Source: Nannocystales bacterium | Lineage (GTDB): Bacteria > Myxococcota_A > Polyangia > Nannocystales > Nannocystaceae | Reading direction: 5' to 3' | NCBI GenBank assembly: GCA_050633305.1 | Contig: JBOEGF010000024.1 | Coordinates: forward strand, 256,001 to 320,000 | Length of the DNA stretch: 64,000 nt | Part shown: positions 48,867-58,268 of the stretch, in pieces | How the letters are laid out: each line of letters begins with the position of its first letter | Numbering within the stretch: position 1 is the first letter of the stretch | Notes under the pieces: model-generated | What the model was told of the DNA's origin: nothing | The model's input: only the letters and a program-made list of their open reading frames with translations | Databases searched by the model: none | Program-made: the position numbers and the translations under genes

Positions 48867-49906
48867 GTGTGCCGTTTCGAATCCGCCGCGCCGAGTGGGT
48901 GGCGGGGGCCATGGTGGTCCTGGTGGTCACCGCAAGCATCGTCAGCTTGCTGTTCGTCTCCGGCGGCCAGGGGACCTTCGACACGCCCGCCCACTACAAG
49001 CTGGTGCTGGAAGACGGCCATGGCGTGACCGAGGGGAGCCGGGTGCAGATGCTCGGCATCGACGTGGGGCGCGTCTCGGGCGTGCGAATCACCGCGGACA
49101 ACGAGGTCGAGGTGGACCTGGAGATCCGGGCCCGGTTCGCGTCCAAGGTCCGGGCCGATACTCAGGCGAGTTTGCAGGCCTCCTTTGGTCTTCAAGGGGT
49201 GCTCTCGGGAATCGGCGTTTCGCTCACCCCGGGGTCGAGTGATGCGGCGGCGCTGGAGTTTGGGGACTCGATCTCGGCGATCGAGCCGGAGCACATCGCC
49301 GACATGCTACCCGGGGTCTCCTCCGATCCGCTGGTGCAGGACCTCGAGGTCCTGATCCGGAACCTGCGGGTGCTCACCGATGAGGCCAGCGACCCGAAAG
49401 GGAGTCTGCGCCAGGCCTTGCTGAGCTTGGCGGCCATCTCCAAGCGCATCGAAGCGGGGGAGGGCACCGCCGGAAAAATGCTCGCCGACGATGCGGCGCT
49501 GTACGGCGACATGACGAAGGCGTTGGACGAGGTAAGCACAACGCTGGCCAAGGTCGACGGCCTCGTACGCAAGAGTTCGACCGTCGTCGACAAGTCGTCG
49601 CGGGCGGTCGACGACGCCGATGACCTCGTCGAGGGCGCGGATGCTCTGGTCGCAAGCGCGGACGCGATGGTTCAGACCGCGGACGGGGTTCTCGACAAGA
49701 CCGGACCGGTTCTCGAACACACCGACGATGCGGTGGGAGAGCTGGGGACCGCGCTGGCCTCGTTTGGGGACGCAACCGACGAGTTGCAAGCGGTCACGAA
49801 GAAGTTGGACACCCTGATCGAGAAGATGATCGTCGTGACCGAGGCCGCGGGGCGGGTCTATCCGATTCGGCGGCAGATCCGGAAATCCCGGCGCGAGGGT
49901 AAGTAG
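48863..49906 (+). CDS. MCE/MlaD family protein with long helical tail
   Basis: TM anchor; GVTEGSRVQMLGIDVGRV MCE motif; GEGTAGKML; coiled-coil. Confidence 0.88.
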   Translation: MSVPFRIRRAEWVAGAMVVLVVTASIVSLLFVSGGQGTFDTPAHYKLVLEDGHGVTEGSRVQMLGIDVGRVSGVRITADNEVEVDLEIRARFASKVRADTQASLQASFGLQGVLSGIGVSLTPGSSDAAALEFGDSISAIEPEHIADMLPGVSSDPLVQDLEVLIRNLRVLTDEASDPKGSLRQALLSLAAISKRIEAGEGTAGKMLADDAALYGDMTKALDEVSTTLAKVDGLVRKSSTVVDKSSRAVDDADDLVEGADALVASADAMVQTADGVLDKTGPVLEHTDDAVGELGTALASFGDATDELQAVTKKLDTLIEKMIVVTEAAGRVYPIRRQIRKSRREGK

Positions 49907-50014
49907 CCCCGCTCGGTGGCCCATCCATCGGCCCGGCCGTGGGCCGCCACGTGTTGGGGCGGTTCGTCATCACTTGCGCCCCGTGTTGGTCCGGCATTTG
50001 CTTTGCCCGGTCCC

Positions 50015-51550
50015 ATGCTTGCGCGGACCTACTGTGCTGGACTCGAGGGCGTCGACGGCTACCTCATCACTGTCGAGGCCGACGTTCGACGGGGCCTTCC
50101 GGGTCTTACCGTCGTCGGGCGGGCCAGCGGTGCGGTCGGGGAGGCGCGAGAGCGGGTTCGCAATGCGTTGGCCCACTGCGGGCACGACATCCGCCCGCGC
50201 AAGCAGGTCGTCAACCTGGCCCCCGCCGATCGGCGGAAAGACTCCCCGGGCATCGATCTGTCGATGGCGGTCGCGTTGCTCGCTTGTCATGAGGTCGTTC
50301 CGACCGCGGCGCTGGGAAAACTGATGCTTTGGGGGGAGCTTGGGCTCGATGGGGTCGTGCGTCCGGCGGTAGGCGCACTCATCGTGGCTGACTTTGCACG
50401 CCGAGCTGGCTTCGAGGCCATTGCGGTCCCTCGCGCCTCGGCGGACGAGGCCGCGTTGTGTCCCGGGGTAAAGGTGCTGCCGGTCGATGACCTTCCCGGC
50501 CTCGTTGCGCACCTGCGCGGCGAGTCTCCGATCGCCCCGCACGTGCGCGCCGAGCCGCAGGAGGTGCACGGGTGGGGTCCGGACATGGCCGACGTCCAGA
50601 GTCAGGCTGCTGGGCGACTCGCGGTCGAGGTGATGGCCGCCGGTGGCCACAACCTCCTGCTGCATGGTCCACCCGGGGTTGGCAAGACGATGCTCGCCCG
50701 TCGCGCTGTGGGTCTGTTGCCGGAGCTCATCGGGGACGATGCGCTGGAGGTCACGAAGCTGCACTCGTTGCGAGGCAGTCGAGCGCCCACGTCACTCCGC
50801 CGCACGCCGCCGGTTCGGATGCCACATCACACCGTCTCGTCCGCAGGGCTGCTGGGCGGTGGGCAGCCGGCGCGACCGGGGGAGGTGTCGCTCGCTCACT
50901 GCGGCTTGCTGTTCCTCGACGAGCTGCCGGAGTTCGCTCGGGCGTGCACCGAAGGCATGCGCGAACCACTCGAAGATGGGGAGGTCTCGTTGGTCCGGGC
51001 CAACTACGCCCTGCGGTTTCCCGCTCGGTTCCAGCTCATGGCTGCGATGAACCCGTGCCCATGCGGGTACCTCGGGCACCCGCAGCGCCAGTGCACCTGC
51101 TCCAGCGCGGCGGTGCAACGCTATCAAGCTCGACTCTCCGGACCTCTGCTCGACCGGATCGACCTGGTTGTACCGATGGCACCACCGCAGGAACTCGACG
51201 GTGCGCCGCAAGAGGGGACGGCGCAGATCCGCAGACGGATCTCTGTCGCCCGGGCACGGCAGCGCGAGCGGTTGCAGGGCACGTCGCACCGCAACAACGC
51301 AGAGATCCCCACAGATGGCGGCGCGATCGACAGTCTATGCCCACTGGATGACGAGGGGCGGTCGCTTCTGTCCACGCTGGCCGCGGCGCGGATGCTCAGC
51401 CCCCGGGCTCGCGATCGCATGCGCCGGGTCGCGACCACCGTCGTGGACCTTCAGCGTCCTGGCGACGCCATCGACGCCCCGATCGGCCGAAGGGAGATCG
51501 CGATCGCGGCCTCGCTGCGTCGACTTCCGAACATGCAACAAGGGGCCTGA
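50015..51550 (+). CDS. comM: YifB/ComM Mg-chelatase-like AAA+ ATPase
   Basis: VNLAPAD, GELGLDG, GPPGVGKT, PHHT, GEVSLAH.GLLFLDE, AMNPCPCGY and SGPLLDRID motifs. Confidence 0.9.
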   Translation: MLARTYCAGLEGVDGYLITVEADVRRGLPGLTVVGRASGAVGEARERVRNALAHCGHDIRPRKQVVNLAPADRRKDSPGIDLSMAVALLACHEVVPTAALGKLMLWGELGLDGVVRPAVGALIVADFARRAGFEAIAVPRASADEAALCPGVKVLPVDDLPGLVAHLRGESPIAPHVRAEPQEVHGWGPDMADVQSQAAGRLAVEVMAAGGHNLLLHGPPGVGKTMLARRAVGLLPELIGDDALEVTKLHSLRGSRAPTSLRRTPPVRMPHHTVSSAGLLGGGQPARPGEVSLAHCGLLFLDELPEFARACTEGMREPLEDGEVSLVRANYALRFPARFQLMAAMNPCPCGYLGHPQRQCTCSSAAVQRYQARLSGPLLDRIDLVVPMAPPQELDGAPQEGTAQIRRRISVARARQRERLQGTSHRNNAEIPTDGGAIDSLCPLDDEGRSLLSTLAAARMLSPRARDRMRRVATTVVDLQRPGDAIDAPIGRREIAIAASLRRLPNMQQGA

Positions 51551-51563
51551 TACTGTGCCCACG

Positions 51564-52601
51564 ATGTCCAGCCCCGACGTGGTGTGCATCTTCAACCCGG
51601 TGTCCGGCGGCGGGAAGACCCGCAGGTGTGTCGCGACAGCTCGTCCCGTGCTTGAGGAAGCCTTCGAGAACATCGAGTTTCGTGCGACCGAGGGTCCCGG
51701 GCACGCCACGATACTGGCCCGAGGGGCGCTTGAACAAGGCGCGTCGTTGGTGATCGCATTCGGCGGCGACGGGACGACCAACGAGGTCCTGGCCGGCTTT
51801 GTGGGGGAGGACGGGGTCAACCGCTTCCCCGGTGCCGAGCTGGCGATCGTGGCCACCGGGACGGGGAGCGACTTCGTTCGACATCTGGGGCCCGCGACGC
51901 TCGAACAACAGATCCGAGCTGTCATCGACGGCCCCGCATGCCCGGTCGACTATGGTGTCGCGCAGATGGTGTCCAGCGATGGGCAGCCGCTGACCCGTCC
52001 GTTCCTCAACGAGGCGAGCGTGGGCGTCAGTGGGTTGGTGGGAAAACACGTCCAGCGGGCGCCCCGCATGTTCGGCCCCGCGGCGTCGTACGTCTGGAGT
52101 TCGGTTCGGAGCATCTCGGAGCATCGGGACAAGGGCATCACGATGCTGCTCGAGGACGATGTCCCGGTTCGTATTCCGCTGACGCTGGCGGTGTTCGCCA
52201 ACGGTCAGTACTTTGGGGGGGGCATGTGGATCGCACCCGAGGCCCGCTGTGACGATGGCTGGCTCGACGTTCTGTACACCGGGGGCAGCGGCAAGGCGCA
52301 CTTCCTCAGTCTGCTGGCGCGGGTGTTCGTCGGCAAGCACCTGAGCTCGTCCAGCGTCCGGACCGCACGGTCGCGGACCGTTCGCATGGTTCCCGATGAC
52401 GACCGCGATGTCGTGCTGATCGCACTCGATGGCGAGCAGCCTGGGCGACTTCCTGCGACGTTCCACATCGTCCATCATGGGATTCGAGTGCGTGCCCACG
52501 GCCTTCCCGCGCGCGATCCAGCCAGTACCGGGTTGTTCAAGCCCGTGGGCAACGAGGACGAGGAGCCCACGCCGGTCCATGTCGGCCGGCTCGTTCACTA
52601 G
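51564..52601 (+). CDS. Diacylglycerol kinase family lipid kinase (YegS-like)
   Basis: NPVSGGG, GGDGTTNE, GTGSDF, NGQYFGGGM and DGE motifs. Confidence 0.9.
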   Translation: MSSPDVVCIFNPVSGGGKTRRCVATARPVLEEAFENIEFRATEGPGHATILARGALEQGASLVIAFGGDGTTNEVLAGFVGEDGVNRFPGAELAIVATGTGSDFVRHLGPATLEQQIRAVIDGPACPVDYGVAQMVSSDGQPLTRPFLNEASVGVSGLVGKHVQRAPRMFGPAASYVWSSVRSISEHRDKGITMLLEDDVPVRIPLTLAVFANGQYFGGGMWIAPEARCDDGWLDVLYTGGSGKAHFLSLLARVFVGKHLSSSSVRTARSRTVRMVPDDDRDVVLIALDGEQPGRLPATFHIVHHGIRVRAHGLPARDPASTGLFKPVGNEDEEPTPVHVGRLVH

Positions 52602-53587
52602 CGAATCTCGGCGCTGCGTCTTGGCGTGTGGCCCGGATCGCCCGAAGCGGGTGGGGAGGGGGGCATGGCGCTCAGCACGGTTTCGAACACAACGGTGGCC
52701 ACGGTGGCCAGGCTCTCGCCTGAGACGCGGTCGAGCGCATCGGCATGCGTGTGCCAGGGCTCGTAGTCGTAGTCGATCAGCAACACCGAAGGGATTCCTG
52801 CCCGCGACAGGAACACGTGGTCATCCAAGATGGCGCGGGGGTACGTCGCGTCGATGAAGCTTCGCTCGCCGAGGCCTGCGGCGACACTCCAGATCTTGTT
52901 GACCAACGCGGGGTTTTGTTGGGTCGAGTGAGCCTCCTTCGCGATGCGAAGCTCCGCATCTCCGACCATGTCCAGGACAATGCCGAAGCTTGCTCGAAGG
53001 ACGCTGGGCGGGGACAGGTTGGGGTGGTCTGCGAAGTGGGTGGAACCGGCGCAGTAGCCACCGTGTTTTGGACGACCGAGTTCCTCGCCGTCGAACAGGA
53101 CAACCGTGAATCCGACGTCGTCGGGCAGCGCATCCGCGAGCCGCGGGAGCAGAGCCAGAAGTACGACAACGCCACTCGTGCCATCGTTGGCGCCCGGGAT
53201 CGGGTGAGCGCGCCACGCGGGATCGGGGTCGGACTCGGCCCACGGGCGGATATCGAAATGCGTGGCCAGAACGAACTGTCGCGGCGCATCCGGACGAACG
53301 ACACCGAACAGGTTCGACAGAGGCATCGGCGTCCCGTCCAGAGGGTCGAAGCCTGTGAAGGACTGAACGTGGACGGTCGCCCCGGCCTGAGCGAGGCGCT
53401 GCTCCAGCACTTCGAGACCACGTGACCGGTCCGCTGCGCCCAGGACCCGCGGGACCTCGAGGAGGGCCGCCGTGTCCGCCAGCAGGGCGTCCGGGTCGAA
53501 CGGTGGGTGGGCCGTGGCGGCGGGTGCGTACGTCGGAGGGCCGGGAGCGCACGCCGTGCACACCAACACGAGGACCCATCGCCGCAT
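52598..53587 (-). CDS. M28 family lipoprotein, glutaminyl-cyclase-like
   Basis: CTAC lipobox; [28 protein letters not shown] and WHT motifs. Confidence 0.82.
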   Translation of the reverse strand: MRRWVLVLVCTACAPGPPTYAPAATAHPPFDPDALLADTAALLEVPRVLGAADRSRGLEVLEQRLAQAGATVHVQSFTGFDPLDGTPMPLSNLFGVVRPDAPRQFVLATHFDIRPWAESDPDPAWRAHPIPGANDGTSGVVVLLALLPRLADALPDDVGFTVVLFDGEELGRPKHGGYCAGSTHFADHPNLSPPSVLRASFGIVLDMVGDAELRIAKEAHSTQQNPALVNKIWSVAAGLGERSFIDATYPRAILDDHVFLSRAGIPSVLLIDYDYEPWHTHADALDRVSGESLATVATVVFETVLSAMPPSPPASGDPGHTPRRSAEIR

Positions 53588-53706
53588 GCGCAGAGCATAG
53601 AGCGAGGGCCTCGTCGGTGGCCAGCGTGGTCCGGGCTTCGCCCCACCGGTGGGCCACCGGGCGTTCTCTTGCGCGGTAGGTCGCTGTCCGGGTTGCGTGG
53701 CGATGT

Positions 53707-53722
53707 TGGCACGGCACACGCA
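53707..53722 (+). promoter_or_regulatory. Putative sigma54-type element upstream of recA
   Basis: TGGCACGGCACACGCA, with GG-N10-GC spacing intact. Confidence 0.45.
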
Positions 53723-53734
53723 GAAGGGCTGGGC

Positions 53735-54778
53735 ATGCCAACGAAGTCCCCGAAGAAGAGTCAATCCGAGCCCAAGTCGTCCAAGGACTCCATCAAGAAG
53801 GCGATCGAAACGATCGTCACGCGGTTCGGCAAAGGAGCACTGATGGCGCTCGGCGCGGATACGGGCGACTTGCCCCGCGTTGAGTGCATCCCGACAGGGT
53901 CGCTTGGTCTCGATCGTGCGTTGGGAATCGGTGGTGTCCCCAAAGGACGCATCACCGAGATCTACGGTCCGGAGGCGTCCGGTAAGACGACGCTTACCTT
54001 GCATCTCATCGCCGAGGCGCAGCGTCGGGGCATCGTCTGTGGATTCATCGACGCCGAACATGCTCTGGATATCCAGTATGCGAAGGCGCTGGGTGTTTCG
54101 CTCGACGAGTTGTTGGTCTCCCAGCCCGATTGCGGCGAGCAAGCCCTGGAGATCGTGGACACCCTGGCAAGGACGGGTTCGGTGGGGTTGCTCGTCGTCG
54201 ATTCGGTCGCAGCCCTCATTCCCCGCGCGGAGCTCGAGGGAGGGATGGGTGACGTCCACGTCGGATTGCAGGCGCGCTTGATGTCGCAGGCGATGCGGAA
54301 GATCTCTGGAGTCGCGCATCAGACCGGAACGACGATCGTGTTCATCAACCAGCTGCGACACAAGATCGGGGTGCAGTTCGGGTCCCCTGAGACGACCACC
54401 GGAGGGAACGCGCTGAAGTACTTCGCAAGTGTTCGGCTGGATATCCGCCGGATCGCGACGATCAAGGATGGGGACCGACCGGTGGCGAGCCGGACCCGGG
54501 TGAAGGTGGCGAAGAACAAGTGCGCCCCGCCGTTTGTGACCACCGAGTTCGAGATCGCGTTCGGCCGAGGAATCGACCGTGAGGCGGAGATCCTGGACGC
54601 CGGCTTGGTCTCCGGAGCGATCGAGAAGAACGGGAGCTGGTTCAGCTGTGGCGGGGAGCGGATGGGGCAGGGGCGTGCGTCGGCCCTACAGTGGCTGCGA
54701 GAACACCCCGACGAGGCCGATGCCATCGTTCAGGCCACCCTCGGCGTTGCTCGGGACGCTCCTGCCGTCGCCGCGTGA
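53735..54778 (+). CDS. recA: Recombinase A
   Basis: [40 protein letters not shown] and GGNALKY motifs. Confidence 0.97.
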   Translation: MPTKSPKKSQSEPKSSKDSIKKAIETIVTRFGKGALMALGADTGDLPRVECIPTGSLGLDRALGIGGVPKGRITEIYGPEASGKTTLTLHLIAEAQRRGIVCGFIDAEHALDIQYAKALGVSLDELLVSQPDCGEQALEIVDTLARTGSVGLLVVDSVAALIPRAELEGGMGDVHVGLQARLMSQAMRKISGVAHQTGTTIVFINQLRHKIGVQFGSPETTTGGNALKYFASVRLDIRRIATIKDGDRPVASRTRVKVAKNKCAPPFVTTEFEIAFGRGIDREAEILDAGLVSGAIEKNGSWFSCGGERMGQGRASALQWLREHPDEADAIVQATLGVARDAPAVAA

Positions 54779-54794
54779 GCCCGCGCCTCGGTCC

Positions 54795-55463
54795 TCAGTC
54801 ATACACGCACTGAAACCCGTCGCAGGACATGCCTCCGGGGCAGGCTTCACCGTCGCGGCAGTCCAGGCTGCACGCGATGCCCTCTCCGCAGAAGAACCCG
54901 CCGGCGAGGGCTGCGATGCAGAACTGGCCAGGGGTCTCGCAGGGTGCACCCTTGACGACGCAGGCCTCGCCGATCTGCGGGCCCAGGACGAGACAGCGAC
55001 CCGGAGCCGTTCCGTCCTCAGGTTGGGGGCACGCGGACTCGTAGTCCTCAGCGCTGAGATCGCAAAAGGGCGCGCAGTAGTTCAAGCTCGCGTCGTAGGT
55101 CGACAGATCGAACGTGTCCGCCGGACATCCGCCGCTGGCGTGTGGATAGTTGGGGTCGCCCCGCGTTGGCTCCCCGGTCGAGTCGCCGTCGGTCATGGCT
55201 GCTCCTGTCGAATCCTCGCTCTCAGCGGTCCCGCTGGCGGACAGGTCGCCGGTCGAGGCTTGGGTTGTCGTGGTGGTGTCCGCTTGGCTCGTTGCGACGT
55301 TGTCGTCGCCGCCCGTTGAACTCCCCGCCGTCTCACTGGGTACGGTCGCGGTCGTCGAGGCACTCGTGCCTCCGCTGGTCGAGCTGACGTCGGACTCGGG
55401 GGGACGAGAGGTTGACTCGGTACAACCGCCGCACAACAGGAGTGCGACGCACAGGGGGCGCAT
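54795..55463 (-). CDS. Cys-rich lipoprotein with Ser/Thr linker
   Basis: LLCGGC lipobox; YCAPFC...C...CSLDC...CPGGMSC module. Start could be 55463 or 55505. Confidence 0.75.
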   Translation of the reverse strand: MRPLCVALLLCGGCTESTSRPPESDVSSTSGGTSASTTATVPSETAGSSTGGDDNVATSQADTTTTTQASTGDLSASGTAESEDSTGAAMTDGDSTGEPTRGDPNYPHASGGCPADTFDLSTYDASLNYCAPFCDLSAEDYESACPQPEDGTAPGRCLVLGPQIGEACVVKGAPCETPGQFCIAALAGGFFCGEGIACSLDCRDGEACPGGMSCDGFQCVYD

Positions 55464-56034
55464 CCCAGCGGTCGTGGGACGTGAATTGGAGTTTGGGTTC
55501 GCCATGGTGGTCGGGTCGGCGAGCGTCGAGTCTCGATGCATGCGGCGGAGCGTCGGGCTCCGCGGCGGCGCCGACGTTGCCGGTCGGCGAAGACAGTAGG
55601 GACGACGCTTTTCTCCCGACAGGACCGAAACGGTCGGATGCGCGACCGCTTTGGTCCGGGGCGAGGCACGCTGGGCTCGATTCCCTCCGTAGACAGGTGG
55701 AGCTCGAGCCGGGGATCGAGGACCGCGAGCGGAGCTGTGGCGTCCGACGGCGGTCCCCGAGCACGCCGGTTGTGTCCCGATGGCCGCTCCGTCGAGGCTC
55801 CGCTCCCGCAGGCTCTGCGAACGCTGGCTCGCGCGAGGGTCACGGTGCGTGTTGCGTGGCCCTTGCGGGTAGTGCGCCTCAGGGGGTGTTCGGGCGATTG
55901 GCCGGTCTGTGTGCAACTCGACGCGAGGTGGGTCGTCTCTTGGTACGCAATCTCCACGCGCGCGGTTGCGTGGTTCGTCCTTGCGTCGGTCGTTCCGCGT
56001 TGCGAAACTCGCGCCCACTCCCCCGGAGGAACGA

Positions 56035-57909
56035 GTGAGTAGCTACTACGTTCTCAAGATCCAATACGTCAATCGTCCGCCCGAGACACGCAACATCAGC
56101 GCTCCGACCACCGCCGTCGGTCGAGAGTCGGGCGACATCGTTCTCAACGACCCTCAGACGTCGGGTCGCCACGCCGAGGTCGTCTTCCAGGGCGGGCAAG
56201 TCCGCGTCCGTGATGCGGGGAGTACCAACGGTACTTGGTTCAACGGCCAGCGGCTGACGGACTTCGCCATGGAGCCCGGGCAGTGGTTCCAGGTCGGGCA
56301 GACCACGCTGCAGCTCATGGCAGTGCATGGCGCCGCGGCACCGGGTCCCGCACCAGGCCCAGCAAAGACAATGATGGCCATGGGGGCACCACCTCCGGCG
56401 GCTGGACCTGCGGCAGCGCCAGGCAGTGCTCCGGTTGGATGGGCTCCTCCCGGCGGTGCCGCTCCCGCGCCCGCTCCAGCTCCGGCACCTGCGCCCGCTC
56501 CAGCTCCCGCAGCAGCGGCTCCCCCAGCTCCTGGCGGCTATCCGCCGGCGGGTGGTGGCGGTTATCCGCCGTCTCAGCCCGCGCCCGGGGGATTTCCTCC
56601 TCCTGGGGCGCCCGGCGGTGCACCGGTCCCAGCACCGGGTCCGGCACCAGGGATGGCTCCCCCGGCAGGCGCTCCTGCGCCGGGCATGGCACCCCCGCCG
56701 GGGATGGGCCCAGGTCCGGCACCTGGTCCCGCGCCTGGCCCCGCGCCTGGGATGGGTCCGGGCCCCGCACCGGGCATGGCACCCACGCCAGGAATGGGTC
56801 CTGGCCCCGCACCGGGCATGGCGCCCGCACCCGGAATGGCCCCGCCTGGAGGGATGGCACCCGGGCAGCCACCGGGTCCCGCTCCGGGCTACCCCGCACC
56901 GGGGCATCCTCCCGGAGCCGCGCCGGGCATGGGCCCGGGTCCCGGAGCCATGGCACCGATGGGCGCAGCTGCGCCTGCGATGGGTGCCCCCGGGATGGCA
57001 CCCATGGGCATGGGCGGCGGCGGTGTCCGCCCCAAGTTTCAGGGCTCCGGTGGTGAACTTCTTGTGACCTGCTTGGTGGGCGTGCTGCTGTGCATTGTCA
57101 CGGCATACATTTACCTGCCTTGGTTCGTGTGCAAGATGGCGCGCTACGTCGCCAACAACACGACACTCGGGCCGACCCGACGCGGTGAACTCCGCGTCGA
57201 GTTCACGGGGACCGGCGGTGAGCTGTTCGTCGCGTACCTGGTCGGCATGCTGCTGACGATGATCACGTTCGGCATCTACACGCCGTGGTTCATCTGCAAG
57301 ATGATCAAGTTCTTCACGGAGAACACCCAGGCTGTGGCGCCCGATGGCACGCGCTATCGCCTCGGCTTCGATGGGACCGGCGGCGAGCTGTTCGTCACGT
57401 ACCTCGTGGGCGCGATCCTCAGCGCGATCACGTTCTACATCTACATGCCCTGGTTCATGTGCAAGTTGGTCAAGTGGGCCAACAGCAACACGCGGATCCT
57501 GGAGAACGAGCAGCCCGTGGGGTCGCTGGACTTCGAGGGCACCGGTGGCGAGCTGTTCGTGGCCTATCTGGTCGGCATGCTGCTCACCATGATCACCGCC
57601 GGCATCTACATGCCCTGGTTCTCGGTCAAGATGACGAAGTTCTTCGCTGAAGGTACGCGCGTGACCTACCAAGGGCGGGTGTTCCAAGGGCAGTTCCACG
57701 GCACGGGCGGCGAACTGTTCGTCATCATGCTGCTGCACGGCTTCCTCACCGTCATCACCGCCTACATCTACTTGCCCTGGTTCCTGGTCAAGCAGTGGGA
57801 GTTCGACATCAACAACCGTGAGTTCTCAGAAATGGGTGGCGCGGGAGCTGGGATGGGTGGCCCAGCGTTCCAGCCAAACATGCCTCAGATGCAGATGCCG
57901 TTGCGCTGA
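56035..57909 (+). CDS. FHA domain + Pro-rich linker + DUF898/YjgN-like repeat membrane protein
   Basis: GGAGGA Shine-Dalgarno with GTG start; FHA motifs GR, SGRHA and STNG; five FxGxGGEL...IYxPWF repeats. Confidence 0.88.
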   Translation: MSSYYVLKIQYVNRPPETRNISAPTTAVGRESGDIVLNDPQTSGRHAEVVFQGGQVRVRDAGSTNGTWFNGQRLTDFAMEPGQWFQVGQTTLQLMAVHGAAAPGPAPGPAKTMMAMGAPPPAAGPAAAPGSAPVGWAPPGGAAPAPAPAPAPAPAPAPAAAAPPAPGGYPPAGGGGYPPSQPAPGGFPPPGAPGGAPVPAPGPAPGMAPPAGAPAPGMAPPPGMGPGPAPGPAPGPAPGMGPGPAPGMAPTPGMGPGPAPGMAPAPGMAPPGGMAPGQPPGPAPGYPAPGHPPGAAPGMGPGPGAMAPMGAAAPAMGAPGMAPMGMGGGGVRPKFQGSGGELLVTCLVGVLLCIVTAYIYLPWFVCKMARYVANNTTLGPTRRGELRVEFTGTGGELFVAYLVGMLLTMITFGIYTPWFICKMIKFFTENTQAVAPDGTRYRLGFDGTGGELFVTYLVGAILSAITFYIYMPWFMCKLVKWANSNTRILENEQPVGSLDFEGTGGELFVAYLVGMLLTMITAGIYMPWFSVKMTKFFAEGTRVTYQGRVFQGQFHGTGGELFVIMLLHGFLTVITAYIYLPWFLVKQWEFDINNREFSEMGGAGAGMGGPAFQPNMPQMQMPLR

Positions 57910-57931
57910 GCGACACAGCACCTCCGCAAAC

Positions 57932-57960
57932 AAGGCGCCCCTTCGTGGGCGCCTTTTTTT
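57932..57960 (+). terminator. Intrinsic terminator
   Basis: AAGGCGCCC-loop-GGGCGCC followed by T7. Confidence 0.85.
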
Positions 57961-58188
57961 GTCTGCTGCCGCAGCAGCCAGCGGCCACCGTTCCGCTCCT
58001 CCGCAACGGAACAGCGAAGTCCGTCGGTGGCCACCGCCACCGACTCACGTTGATTGCCTCGCATCGACGGGCGTAACCCCACGCGAGGGTTGCGGCGGAC
58101 CCCGCGACCGCGCCGCCGGGGTTGGGGACTCCACAGGAGTCGGGCTCTTCACCGCGCCTCAACGCGTCGCGGTGGGCTTGAGCCGGGC

Positions 58189-58221
58189 AAGAAAAAGAGG
58201 AGAGCCGCCGGGGCTCTCCTC
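58189..58221 (-). terminator. Intrinsic terminator for the minus-strand ECF operon
   Basis: On the minus strand GAGGAGAGCCCCGGCGGCTCTCCTC followed by TTTTTCTT. Confidence 0.75.
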
Positions 58222-58268
58222 CTGTTCCATCTCCCTGTCCGTCCCCATGGGGACGGAGTCGATTGCGA

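Noticed and set aside
55510..56030. ~500-nt intergenic region as an ncRNA
   Set aside because: Divergent promoter region; no convincing nested structure or repeat found by eye.
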